Shown: positions 9,018-18,025, numbered from the stretch's first letter. The stretch: DNA of 42,106 nucleotides from Candidatus Pacearchaeota archaeon (GCA_002687255.1 NYZR01000013.1:1-42106); one strand, 5' to 3'. Notes: generated by a model not told the origin, from the sequence alone. A program made the numbers and translations.

Positions 9018-10979
9018 TTATCTATTGCTCAATCGAACTGCAACCACGATGATCAAGATGATCAAGACGACATTGATTATGCCGATGACCCAGAGGGTGT
9101 TGTTGCCGCCGACGCTAAGGCCGGAGCCTGCGATGTTGACTGCTACAGATCGAGAGTCTAATTGTGAACCTGCTTGTGTCTGAACGGTGAAGGTCTGTTG
9201 TCCACTTGCTTCAGGGTTGACGTTGAAGGTTATGAGAACGTCTTTTGTCTCACCAGATTGGAGAGTGAGAACACGGTCGGAGATGCTCCCTAGAGTTCCC
9301 CAGGACTCGAAGTTCTTGGCGTCGATCACGAAGCTGGTTGCTTCTGAGTTTAGGTTACTGATTGTTGCTTTGACTGTCAGTGGTTGACCTGCTTTAGCTT
9401 CAGAATTTGAATCAAGTGCTGCTGAGATGCTTGCTGCCTGTGTTGTGCTTGAACCAGAGGTTGCGCTACAGCCGATTACATTGAAAGGAATCTTTTCTTC
9501 GTCGTCTAGACTGTCACGGTATTCGTCGTCTCGTGGCCGGTAGTCGTATTCTGCATCAAGCTCTAGGACGTAGGTCTTGTCCTTTGCATCTTGTGGCACT
9601 TGGAAGCTGAAACTGATCGTGTCTTCGTCTCCTTGATCTAGGTCTGTTTTGATCTCCCTGAAGAGGTCGATGTCGAGTTCCTTGTTTACCACAGAAACTT
9701 TTACCTGATCTTGGTCTTCGTCTCCGATGTTTACCACGTCGAGTGTCATGGAAACCGTGTCTCCGCAGGTTGATTCAGAAGGTTCGAATCGGATCTTATT
9801 GAATGCTATGAACTTTCCCTCGTCGTCTTCTCTTGAAACGGTGATCTCCTCAAAGAAGTCCTTGTTCAAATCTGTGGAAGAGTCTGTGCAGATTACTGAT
9901 TCTCCTTCTTGGTCGCTGAATGTTTTTACTGCGAGCTTGTAAGATCCGTCATCGAAGTCTGCTGGCACATCGAAGATGAATGTTGCAGTGTCATCCTTGT
10001 CATCGCTGATGTCTCCAAGATCGATTTCCTCTTTATCTGAATTATCGAAGTCTAGATCGTTGATATCGTTTGTTCCGCTTGTATCGAAGAGGCCCAACTC
10101 TACACGGACATCCTTCACCTTGTCATTACCGTCGTTATCTACTTTTACTTCTACTTCGATCTGATCTAGGATGAACCATTCTTCGTCGTCTCCGCTGCTG
10201 TCACCTTTGTTGTTGATGTTTATATCAAGTGAGAGATTGCCCCCTTGTGGGCCGTTTGAACAGAATGTCTTGTCAATGTTATAGGTTGTTGTGCTCACCA
10301 ATCCGGCCGTTGAGTCGTTTGCTGTGACTGTTACTGTGTGTGTTCCGAAGATGGCGCTTGCGAAGTCTGGGACGATTGTGATGAGCTTTGCTGCTCCTGC
10401 CGCAAGAGAGAATGAGCTTCCGAGGTTTGAAGTTCCGTCAAGAAGTTGTAATGGTATGTTGCCTGTTGTTGAAATGTTGAGGTTGGAGAGTGCGGAGTTT
10501 CCAGTGTTGGTTACATTTATAGATCCGTTTACCCCATGAGTTGGTGCTTTTATGCTTGACTGGCTGAGACCTGTTGAAGAGAGAATGGGAACTGTGAAGG
10601 TGGCGCTCCTTGGGTCTCCGGAGCCAGTATCGTCTGCTACGATTGTTCCTGCGATGGATCCTGTCTGGAATTTGTCAAATGTGACTGTTACGGTGACTAG
10701 CTGAGACGCAGGAGCAAGGGTGAGGTTTCCGATTGATGTCTCCGGGGTGGCAAGAGTTGCTGTTCCTGTTGAAACTGTTGAAGCGCCGAAGCTCACGTTC
10801 GCATCAACTGATCCTTCGTTCGTGACGTTTGCTGTGAAGGTGAAAGTGCCTGCGTCATGAGATACGTTTGCTGGAACATTTAGAAGTTCGAGAGAAAGCG
10901 AGGCTGCGCTCACCATAGAAATTGCAAACAGGACAGAGAACAAAGCGGTCAAGACGAAAATTGTGTTTCGAGCTTTCAT
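9018..10979 (-). CDS. Putative S-layer/surface glycoprotein with Ig-like domains and C-terminal TM anchor
   Basis: Signal peptide, CARDB-like segments (VVNIGDEDQDQV), C-terminal LWVIGIINVVLIILIIVVAVRLSNR; likely sortase substrate. Confidence 0.8.
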   Translation of the reverse strand: MKARNTIFVLTALFSVLFAISMVSAASLSLELLNVPANVSHDAGTFTFTANVTNEGSVDANVSFGASTVSTGTATLATPETSIGNLTLAPASQLVTVTVTFDKFQTGSIAGTIVADDTGSGDPRSATFTVPILSSTGLSQSSIKAPTHGVNGSINVTNTGNSALSNLNISTTGNIPLQLLDGTSNLGSSFSLAAGAAKLITIVPDFASAIFGTHTVTVTANDSTAGLVSTTTYNIDKTFCSNGPQGGNLSLDININNKGDSSGDDEEWFILDQIEVEVKVDNDGNDKVKDVRVELGLFDTSGTNDINDLDFDNSDKEEIDLGDISDDKDDTATFIFDVPADFDDGSYKLAVKTFSDQEGESVICTDSSTDLNKDFFEEITVSREDDEGKFIAFNKIRFEPSESTCGDTVSMTLDVVNIGDEDQDQVKVSVVNKELDIDLFREIKTDLDQGDEDTISFSFQVPQDAKDKTYVLELDAEYDYRPRDDEYRDSLDDEEKIPFNVIGCSATSGSSTTQAASISAALDSNSEAKAGQPLTVKATISNLNSEATSFVIDAKNFESWGTLGSISDRVLTLQSGETKDVLITFNVNPEASGQQTFTVQTQAGSQLDSRSVAVNIAGSGLSVGGNNTLWVIGIINVVLIILIIVVAVRLSNR

Positions 10980-11096
10980 TTTATGTTGTAACTTTTCGAT
11001 TACACTTCTTTATAAAGATTTGTATACTTTGGTGCAATGGAAGATTTTTGTTATTCGATGTCAGGGGGTGTTTTATCGTCGGAAAATAAGGGAAGT

Positions 11097-11109
11097 GAAG
11101 GTTTAAATA
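11097..11109 (+). promoter_or_regulatory. BRE-TATA promoter (representative; implies a leaderless mRNA)
   Basis: GAAGGTTTAAATA ending ~21 nt before ATG 11131; similar motifs at ~7786, ~16235, ~23333 and ~38889. Confidence 0.7.
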
Positions 11110-11130
11110 GATGTTGATGCTCTGGTAGAT

Positions 11131-11499
11131 ATGGCGATTCGGTCTCGTGAGAATCTGTTTGGGGCATGGGCTTTTTTGGCCGGGATTATCTTAGCCGTTG
11201 TTGTGGGGTTGTTCGCAGGGTCTAATATTAACCCACTTATCTTAGGCATTTTGGCTTTGTTAGGATTAGTTGTTGGGTATTTCGTTTCTGAGAAAGATGT
11301 GCATACCTTTTTGATTGCTTCGGTGTCTTTGGTGATTGTTTCGTTTGCTGGGATTCAAGGCCTTGTTCTTAGTGCAGCTATTGTGGGTATTGATATAGGT
11401 CAGATTATTGCTTCGGTTTTGGGGGCGCTTTTGGTGTTGTTTGTTCCTGCTACGATTATTGTGGCTTTGAAGACTGTTTTTGCTATTGCTCAGAATTAA
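11131..11499 (+). CDS. Small 4-TM archaeal membrane protein
   Basis: Four hydrophobic helices, FVPATIIVALK C-terminus. Confidence 0.75.
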   Translation: MAIRSRENLFGAWAFLAGIILAVVVGLFAGSNINPLILGILALLGLVVGYFVSEKDVHTFLIASVSLVIVSFAGIQGLVLSAAIVGIDIGQIIASVLGALLVLFVPATIIVALKTVFAIAQN

Positions 11500-11541
11500 G
11501 CGGGGTTGTTGTTTTTGTTGAGCGAGCTTTTCAAACTTTTC

Positions 11542-11823
11542 TTAAGAAGGGGAGGTTCGAAGGAGAATTGTAGGTGCAAATCTTTGAGTCACTAGAGGTT
11601 TGTAGATGAAATTATGGACGTCACATATATAAACTGCTTTTGCACCCTTTGTTCTTGCCGTGCTGGCGATCTTCCTTTCTAATGCTTCTCTTGAACTTCC
11701 TAAACCGAGAAGACCATACTTTGAAATGTAGTGGGTGTCCCCTACTTCCTTCATCTGGCCTGTGCTTCGTGCATTCTCGAATTCCTGAAGGTTTAGAAAA
11801 TGTATGCCATCTCTCTGTTCCAT
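11542..11823 (-). CDS. Hypothetical protein (accessory)
   Basis: Starts 2 nt after the sepF stop. Confidence 0.5.
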   Translation of the reverse strand: MEQRDGIHFLNLQEFENARSTGQMKEVGDTHYISKYGLLGLGSSREALERKIASTARTKGAKAVYICDVHNFIYKPLVTQRFAPTILLRTSPS

Positions 11824-11825
11824 CT

Positions 11826-12227
11826 TTATTCTGCCGGTGTGCCTGAGCCGCCGATAAAATCAGTCTTTTCGGGTTTGTCTTGGGAGATGTGGGTCTTGTG
11901 GATTTCTGCGAATTGTGGGGTTGCGATGAGGGTGTTTTCTCCGAAGCCGGCGATGGATCCTGACATGGCGTCCACAGTCTTTTTGACTTTTGCTACGGCT
12001 CGCTTGAGTTCGATGACGTCTTTCTTTTTGAGGGGATTGATGTCTATGACTGCTATGGTGTAGCCGTCCCTTAATGCTGAGAGAACATGATTAGCGTCGT
12101 CGAAGTTTTTCAGAACAAATGGCTTGACTTGGACTTTGTTTTCCTCCTTGGGGGTGTTATTGACGTCTATCTCTAGGAACTCTTCTTCGTCGTCTTTCCC
12201 GAACATTTTTTTGAAATCGAAGGCCAT
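11826..12227 (-). CDS. sepF: Cell division protein SepF
   Basis: LRDGYTIAVIDINPLKKKDVIELKRAVAKVKKTVDAMSGSIAG, archaeal SepF/DUF552 pattern. Confidence 0.85.
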   Translation of the reverse strand: MAFDFKKMFGKDDEEEFLEIDVNNTPKEENKVQVKPFVLKNFDDANHVLSALRDGYTIAVIDINPLKKKDVIELKRAVAKVKKTVDAMSGSIAGFGENTLIATPQFAEIHKTHISQDKPEKTDFIGGSGTPAE

Positions 12228-12256
12228 TAGATTTTTTGTTTTGGAATCTATTTAAA

Positions 12257-12320
12257 GATTTGTGTGATGAACGCAAATCCTAGACTCTCGCCGCTCACAC
12301 CTCATGAGCGCAGCATCGAG
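12257..12320 (+). repeat. Two-hairpin element, copy B2, between 16-bp direct repeats
   Basis: Core 29/32 identical to 27963-27994; TTTAAAGATTTGTGTG at 12251-12266 and 12321-12336. Confidence 0.85.
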
Positions 12321-12421
12321 TTTAAAGATTTGTGTGGTCTGAGATAGGAAAGAGATTATTTATGCTTTTGGTTTGCTTTGATTACCATAATATTTAAGAA
12401 ATGCTGTTTCCCTTTGTTTGT

Positions 12422-12706
12422 ATGGCAAGCGATCTAACTTGTGCGGCATGCGAAGGCATTATCTCTGGGGGATATGTTATTGTTGGGCGTGCTGGCAGTC
12501 GTTCAGATTCAGGAGAGGTGGTGTTACATGCAGAATCATTGAGAGAGGAGGCCGAGGAGGTTGCTGTTACTTTGAAAGCTATGGAGGATCCTGGGAGTTG
12601 TATTGGAAGGTATATTCATGAAGATGACAGGCGAAATCTTTATCATCCTGAGGTTGTTCATTTTGATAGAGTTGGAGTTGGGCAGGGAACAGAAAGGGTA
12701 GTTTAG
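12422..12706 (+). CDS. Hypothetical protein with CxxC
   Basis: MASDLTCAACEG; TATA-like run upstream. Confidence 0.5.
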   Translation: MASDLTCAACEGIISGGYVIVGRAGSRSDSGEVVLHAESLREEAEEVAVTLKAMEDPGSCIGRYIHEDDRRNLYHPEVVHFDRVGVGQGTERVV

Positions 12707-13059
12707 TTTCTAGGCGGTCGTTCTTCTTTCTTCTCGTTTGTCTTTGCCATGGCTGCCTGGAGCTCATCTCTCAGCTTCGTTGCTTTTTCTGTGAGAAGTG
12801 CTTCTTGTTTTTCAATGGAAGAAAGTCGGAGGTCGGCGAGTTTCTTTTTTTCTTCTAGGTCTTTTTCTAGGGTGGCTTTGTCTGTTTTCAGCATGACATT
12901 GCCGAGGGTTTTGTAGACGTCGCCCTCTGCGCTTTTGAGTTCTTCTAAGGCGGTGTTGGTTTCGTTGAGTTCTAATTGCATTTGTTGTTTCTGCATCATG
13001 AAGCCTTGTAGCTGTTGTTCCGTGCTTTGCAATTGTTGGATAGTTTCTTGTTGTTCCAT
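12703..13059 (-). CDS. pfdB: Prefoldin subunit beta
   Basis: Coiled coils flanking VYKTLGNVMLK; conserved position after rpoP. Confidence 0.9.
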   Translation of the reverse strand: MEQQETIQQLQSTEQQLQGFMMQKQQMQLELNETNTALEELKSAEGDVYKTLGNVMLKTDKATLEKDLEEKKKLADLRLSSIEKQEALLTEKATKLRDELQAAMAKTNEKKEERPPRN

Positions 13060-13063
13060 GGGA

Positions 13064-13201
13064 TTAGGCCGCCTTTAGTTTTACGACGTGTCTTCGAGGC
13101 TTGTAGAAGATCTTGCTTCCACAGTGTGGGCAGACGAATCGCTTGTCAAGGACTTTGCTCGTGATTGATTTTTCGCAGTTGAAGCATTTGTATTGTGCCA
13201 T
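13064..13201 (-). CDS. rpoP: RNA polymerase subunit Rpo12 (P)
   Basis: Manual translation MAQYKCFNCEK...FVCPHCGSKIFYKPR; below the ORF-track size cut-off. Confidence 0.9.
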   Translation of the reverse strand: MAQYKCFNCEKSITSKVLDKRFVCPHCGSKIFYKPRRHVVKLKAA

Positions 13202-13238
13202 TATGATAGTTGAAGAGGGGTGTTTAAAAAGGTTTTGA

Positions 13239-13625
13239 TCACCCTTTAGTTACTGCCCAGTCCAGAAATTCTGCTCTTCTTCTTTTTTCTTGCTCTTCTT
13301 TCTTCGATCCGACAACCTGTAGTTCACTATAGTTTAGAAGAGAGAGTCTTTTCACCCCATCAATCATATGGATGACTCCTTCTATACTATCACTATCACT
13401 TATAGATTCGTATTCTCTGATGGAGAGTTTACCTTCCCCTGCTTGTTTTTCGGTGTCCCAGTTTATCTCTTCCACCCCCTGATAAATAGCGTATGTTCTC
13501 CCATCATTCTTACCTCTTGTCAATGCTATCAAGGTGTCTCCTTCATGAAGGTCTCTCACTTGGTGATTGGTTGTTCCAGCTCCTATTGATACGATCTCGC
13601 CTTGTTCTGATTGCTGTGGTGTCAT
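13239..13625 (-). CDS. Hypothetical protein inserted between rpl37ae and rpoP
   Basis: 128-aa ORF splitting a normally adjacent gene pair. Confidence 0.6.
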   Translation of the reverse strand: MTPQQSEQGEIVSIGAGTTNHQVRDLHEGDTLIALTRGKNDGRTYAIYQGVEEINWDTEKQAGEGKLSIREYESISDSDSIEGVIHMIDGVKRLSLLNYSELQVVGSKKEEQEKRRRAEFLDWAVTKG

Positions 13626-13630
13626 GTTTC

Positions 13631-13855
13631 TTATTTGCTGGAAACGGTGTAGGCTCCGTCGGCGAAGATCTTGCCGGTTTTGAGGCAGCGCCAGATGCCT
13701 GCTGCTATTCGCTTTGCTTGGGCTCTAGGATGAAATGGAGAGGGTTGTCTGCGTCGTTGTGTGGCTTCGACTTTGTTGAAGACCTTTCGTGCTCGTGTTC
13801 CGATGCCGCCGCTAAATCTGCCGGCTGCTTTGATCTTTTTTGTTTTTGCTGTCAT
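13631..13855 (-). CDS. rpl37ae: 50S ribosomal protein L37Ae (eL43)
   Basis: TKKIKAAGRFSG...KRIAAGIWRC...FADGAY; upstream of rpoP. Confidence 0.9.
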   Translation of the reverse strand: MTAKTKKIKAAGRFSGGIGTRARKVFNKVEATQRRRQPSPFHPRAQAKRIAAGIWRCLKTGKIFADGAYTVSSK

Positions 13856-13886
13856 GGTTGGGTTGGGTTGGGAGGGTTTTTAAATG

Positions 13887-14141
13887 TTACATATTCCTCA
13901 GCCAGTAGATAACTTCTCTTACAGGGCGTGTTAGGTAAGTTACTGGTTTTGAATAGTTTTGACTCAGGTCTTGTTCAATCTCTTTTCTCGTTTGATTTCC
14001 CCTTATAACAGAATCTTCAAAAAGAATGTTTCCTGTAAATGTAACTGCTGTGGTTAGTGCTAAGAGAGAAAGTGTTGACGTGAGGAGGTTAGACCTCTGG
14101 TGCGTTTTTTTATCTTCTCTTGGGTTTTGTTCTTCTTCCAT
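13887..14141 (-). CDS. Small membrane-anchored hypothetical protein
   Basis: MEEEQNP... with one hydrophobic helix. Confidence 0.5.
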   Translation of the reverse strand: MEEEQNPREDKKTHQRSNLLTSTLSLLALTTAVTFTGNILFEDSVIRGNQTRKEIEQDLSQNYSKPVTYLTRPVREVIYWLRNM

Positions 14142-14286
14142 GGTGTGTATGGGGGGCTGCCGGGTGCTCGCTGACCTTCGGTCATCGGCAACCCCAACTC
14201 CTTTGGAGTGTGGGGTATTGTGAACCGGTGGCACGGCGTAAAATCGGGGAGCCGATTAGACCACCAACGAAGTTGTGTGGTCTCAA

Positions 14287-14359
14287 TGGGGCTGCCCGGA
14301 TTTGAACCGGGGTCGGCAAGTCCCAAACCTGCAATCATACCAGACTAGACCACAGCCCC
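14287..14359 (-). tRNA. tRNA-Pro(TGG)
   Basis: GGGGCTG/CAGCCCC acceptor stem, anticodon arm GCAGG-TTTGGGA-CTTGC, T arm CCCGG-TTCAAAT-CCGGG; CCA not encoded. Confidence 0.95.
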
Positions 14360-14462
14360 AATGAAATTAGTTGTTTGAGACAACAGGGCTTTTTAGCCCT
14401 GGGCATGAACACCCTAACCATTGTGGCAGGGTAGTTCAGGTGGTATAAAAAGCTTTGCTGGG

Positions 14463-14864
14463 TTATCTAATCAGTTTTACGATCTGATCTAACAGGAGTC
14501 GGTCTCCTGGGATAAGTTTGAGCTCTTTTGTTTCAGAGAGGTTCATGAACACTGCATTCCCCTCCGTGGCGTTAATCATTTCCTTTCCTGGCAGGGGTGC
14601 TAAGAACATGTTCCTTTCTGCCATAAGGTTATACCCAGGGATCTCTGACTCTGTCTTTTTGAAGAAAGTGAAGTGTTGAAGATCGAGGCCTAGTTCTTCC
14701 ATTATCTCTCTTTTCAATGCTTGCTCTGGAGTCTCTCCTTTCTCGATGCCTCCTCCGAAGAATCCATACTCTTCGCCCCATTTGCTTATTTCTCTTCTGT
14801 CTTGTAAGAGGAGGTTACCTTTATTGTCGTGGAAAAGAACAAGAGCCACTCTTCGTTTTTTCAT
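14463..14864 (-). CDS. NUDIX hydrolase
   Basis: Nudix box GGGIEKGETPEQALKREIMEELG; ATG 1 nt after the rpl11 stop. Confidence 0.9.
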   Translation of the reverse strand: MKKRRVALVLFHDNKGNLLLQDRREISKWGEEYGFFGGGIEKGETPEQALKREIMEELGLDLQHFTFFKKTESEIPGYNLMAERNMFLAPLPGKEMINATEGNAVFMNLSETKELKLIPGDRLLLDQIVKLIR

Positions 14865-14865
14865 T

Positions 14866-15612
14866 TTATTCCTTCTTTTCTTCTGTTTTTGCATCAGCGT
14901 TTTCAGCTGGCGCCTCTCCTTCTGCAGGTGCTTCGCCTTCTGCCGGCGCTTCTCCATCGGCAGGAGCTTCAGCGCCATCTTCGCCTTCTGCTCCTTCGGC
15001 TGCCTTAGCGGCCTCCTTCGCCGCTGCTGCCTCCGCTTCTGCTGCTTCTTCCTCAGCCCTCTGTTTGTCTTGTGCCTTGGTGATCTTCTTGAATGCTGTG
15101 TCGAGTTTGGCTTTCTTTGTCGGATCCAGGTCTGTTTTTTCTGCGTTGATTTCTGTGTCAAAGTCTCCTTTGTCGATTGCTTTTTCTATGTCTGCTGCTG
15201 GTTTGCTTTCGATCAGAACGCCGAGGGAAACACAAGTGCCTACGACGGTTTTGACGGCTGCCTTGAGTGTTTTGTCTAAGAGATTAGGGAGTTTTGTTTT
15301 TGCGACGGCGATGACTTGCTCGATGGCGAGGTTGCCCACTTTATACTTGTGTGCTTCTGCTGATCCTTTTTCGAGTTTGAGTTCTTTCTTTACTAATTCA
15401 GATACTGGGGGAGAAGATACTGAGATTTCTACGGCTTTTGTGTCAGGATCTACGTCCAGGACGACGGGGACTTTCATTCCGGAGAATCCTTTTGTGGCTT
15501 CGTTGACGTCGGTGATTAATTGGCCGAGGTTGATACCTAAGGGGCCCAGCTGTTGTGCTACTGCCGGGCCGGGTTGCATCTTGCCGCCCTCAACAAGTAG
15601 TTTTACTTCCAT
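14866..15612 (-). CDS. rpl11: 50S ribosomal protein L11 (uL11) with acidic tail
   Basis: LLVEGGKMQPGPAVAQQLGPLG, GMKVPV and VVGTCVSLG motifs. Confidence 0.95.
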   Translation of the reverse strand: MEVKLLVEGGKMQPGPAVAQQLGPLGINLGQLITDVNEATKGFSGMKVPVVLDVDPDTKAVEISVSSPPVSELVKKELKLEKGSAEAHKYKVGNLAIEQVIAVAKTKLPNLLDKTLKAAVKTVVGTCVSLGVLIESKPAADIEKAIDKGDFDTEINAEKTDLDPTKKAKLDTAFKKITKAQDKQRAEEEAAEAEAAAAKEAAKAAEGAEGEDGAEAPADGEAPAEGEAPAEGEAPAENADAKTEEKKE

Positions 15613-16174
15613 TAGAATCCGTCCTCCAGTGGTAGAATGTTTCCTGTTCCGCCTTGGCCTGCGCTGAGGGCTGGGCCGTCTGTATCCTCTTCTTCCTTCT
15701 TCTCTTCGTCCTGCCCTTCTTCTCCTTCTTCTCCTTCTTCACGTCGGATCACTTTGATGTGCTCCATCTTTACGGTCACTGGGATGGGGACGGAGGCTCC
15801 GAGGAGGGAGACCACGACTTCGCCCTTTTGTTTGTCTACTCGTGTGACTTTTGCTTTTTCACCTTTGAGGTGTGACCAATCATTTCGACTATGTCATTTG
15901 CTTCGATGTTGACTTCCTCAGCCTTCGGCTCGAGCATGGATTGGACTTCTTCGTAAGGGACGTCTTGTCCTAATATGCCTTTGACGTAAGGGAGATTGTA
16001 AGCTGCTTCTTCTGCTGCGTCACGATCTTCTGCTTCTAGAATGAGATAGCCTTTTAGGCCGTGTGGTCTTACTACTGTTTGGACGGCTAATTGTTTCTTT
16101 CGAGCCCTGTCTGCGATCATCTCGAGTGCTCGGTCTTCTTTGTTTGTTGTTACTTTGATGATGTAGATTGCCAC
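15612..16174 (-). CDS. spt5: Transcription elongation factor Spt5/NusG (1-nt frameshift near 15868)
   Basis: NGN domain (LKGYLILEA) continues in the shifted frame as (F)KGEKAKVTRVDKQKGEVVVSLLGASVPIPVTV (KOW). Confidence 0.9.
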
Positions 16175-16265
16175 GGTGTTTCCACTACTTCGAGACTTTG
16201 AAAAAAGGAGAAGTAGATAAAGTTTGTGGTCTGGGAAGGTTTATAAATGTTCTGTTAGGCAAAGA

Positions 16266-16601
16266 ATGATGAAATGGAAACAGACCCATGTGCACTTAGA
16301 TTCTGGGTGGACAGGTCGCTTCGCTGCTTATAGTAAAAGGAGGGTGTCTCTTGCTGAACCTGAGAGAACTCCTTCTTATTGGGATCTCCCTAGAGAAGAG
16401 GTGATTAGCCCAGAAGAGGCTTTATTACATCATTGTGAATCGATGGAAGAGGAGATATTCTCTAGAGGAGGTTTTCAGATTGTTACAGAGAATGGTTTGA
16501 GGCAAATGAGTAGATTAAATTCTGAAATATCTATGGAGAATGTTGAAGCTCTTTATTTATCTGAACTCCGCCCTCATCAAGCTTCTCCAGATACTCTTTG
16601 A
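16266..16601 (+). CDS. Hypothetical protein (accessory)
   Basis: ATG after GAAGGTTTATAAA. Confidence 0.55.
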   Translation: MMKWKQTHVHLDSGWTGRFAAYSKRRVSLAEPERTPSYWDLPREEVISPEEALLHHCESMEEEIFSRGGFQIVTENGLRQMSRLNSEISMENVEALYLSELRPHQASPDTL

Positions 16602-16656
16602 TTCTGCTGACGGTTTGCGGGAAAGTGTTAAATAGTGTGGACGGCACTCTCCCTTC

Positions 16657-17091
16657 ATGGGCGGTGTTCAAGAGAAAGAAGATTCTGCGATCTTCTCCTT
16701 GAGACCCAGGGTAAGTGATATCGAAAATGGTGTCGCCTTCTTGGACTTTTTTAAGAATAGATATGACAACCCTATCGAGACTTTTAATTTTTGTAACTGT
16801 GTCGTTCTGGAAGCCCCGTATGTCCCACCAATTGAGTCTCCTGGAGATTATAGGATAAGATATTATGCAAACTTTGGTGGTGAAGACGAAGAGGGTTCAT
16901 CTTCGCTGGGGCTTATCCTTCCAGGAAGTTGCTTGATGCTAACTCTTGGGGACAGAGAGGGGTTTACCTTCCAGGATTCTTCCTTTAGTGGACGCCCTCC
17001 AGAGATATATTCTTTTCAGAGAGAGCACTTCAATCTTTTTGAGGTTTGTATTGAGGCAAGAAATGAGATCAATAGGATTTTAGAGAGTTAG
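16657..17091 (+). CDS. Hypothetical protein (accessory)
   Basis: 144-aa ORF with its own TATA-like element. Confidence 0.6.
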   Translation: MGGVQEKEDSAIFSLRPRVSDIENGVAFLDFFKNRYDNPIETFNFCNCVVLEAPYVPPIESPGDYRIRYYANFGGEDEEGSSSLGLILPGSCLMLTLGDREGFTFQDSSFSGRPPEIYSFQREHFNLFEVCIEARNEINRILES

Positions 17092-17146
17092 TCTCCGAGA
17101 TTGGTGATGTATTCTTTGATTTTTCTAAAGGGAGTGCGATGACTAT

Positions 17147-17539
17147 TTACTGATTCTTAAGATCTTGTATCTCCTTGATCATTCCATCCAATCCGTGCTT
17201 CGCTACTTTCATTTCATCTATGTATCTTGCATCGTTTTCTTCTGCTATTCCTCTTGCGCTTTCTCTTGTAGAGAGCACCCAAATGTTTTTTGCTTCTGGA
17301 TCGCTTTGCCTGGTTTGCTTTATTGCTTCACCCACTAAGAGACTTGGGTTCTCTCCTGGTTTTTGGGGAAACTCTCCGTCTAGAAGATAGACTGTTGCTC
17401 TTGTGTCTTTTAGAAGTTCTTCAAATTCTTGCAAAGATCCAACTCCCCTATAGATTAGGGCTCTTCTACTCATTGCCTGCTCCACTGTGCCTCTAAGATC
17501 TTCAAGATCTTCGATGTGAATTACATCATAATGTTGCAT
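17147..17539 (-). CDS. Stand-alone response-regulator receiver domain
   Basis: VIHIED, VYLLD (phosphoacceptor Asp), WVLST. Confidence 0.7.
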   Translation of the reverse strand: MQHYDVIHIEDLEDLRGTVEQAMSRRALIYRGVGSLQEFEELLKDTRATVYLLDGEFPQKPGENPSLLVGEAIKQTRQSDPEAKNIWVLSTRESARGIAEENDARYIDEMKVAKHGLDGMIKEIQDLKNQ

Positions 17540-17563
17540 CTTTCAGAGATTCTTGCAGCCTAT

Positions 17564-18025
17564 TTAAGAATTTGTGTGTTCTTCGTCGAGCTTCCCAAGA
17601 TACTCCTTGATTCTGCTGACAGTTTGAGGCAGCAAGAAGTTTTCTATTTTGGTTTCGAACAATTCGGAGAGGGGAGCGAATTCTGCTATTCGGTATTGGT
17701 TGTTGTGTTTGTCTACTAACATGGAGTCTCGGAGTCTTTTCAGCTGTCTTCTGATGTTGGATTCGGCTAGTCCTTTTTCGTCCAATGATTGTTCTTTTCG
17801 TTGGGTTTGGACTTGGTCACGGATTTGGAAGGAGGTGAGCCAGGTTTTGTTTTTTCTTGCTGCTTCTAAGACGTGGAGGATGTCGACCATGATGTCTCGT
17901 GAGTCTCCTGGTTGGAGGAGGCCTAATGATAAGCAGATTTTTCTCATAAGGTCTCTTGGCTGAGTGTCGTAGGGTTTTTCGTAGCGGCGGAGGGTGAGTT
18001 CGCCGAGGGGGGTTTCTTTTACCAT
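17564..18025 (-). CDS. Conserved hypothetical wHTH-like protein
   Basis: SLGLLQPGDSRD...GLAESNIRRQLKRLRDSMLVDK; core-like codon usage. Confidence 0.7.
   Translation of the reverse strand: MVKETPLGELTLRRYEKPYDTQPRDLMRKICLSLGLLQPGDSRDIMVDILHVLEAARKNKTWLTSFQIRDQVQTQRKEQSLDEKGLAESNIRRQLKRLRDSMLVDKHNNQYRIAEFAPLSELFETKIENFLLPQTVSRIKEYLGKLDEEHTNS

Noticed and set aside
14717..15667. Long antisense or overlapping ORFs (e.g. 14717-15667, 26869-27561, 4538-5233, 31594-32142)
   Set aside because: Shadows of well-supported genes, favoured by strand skew and low-complexity sequence
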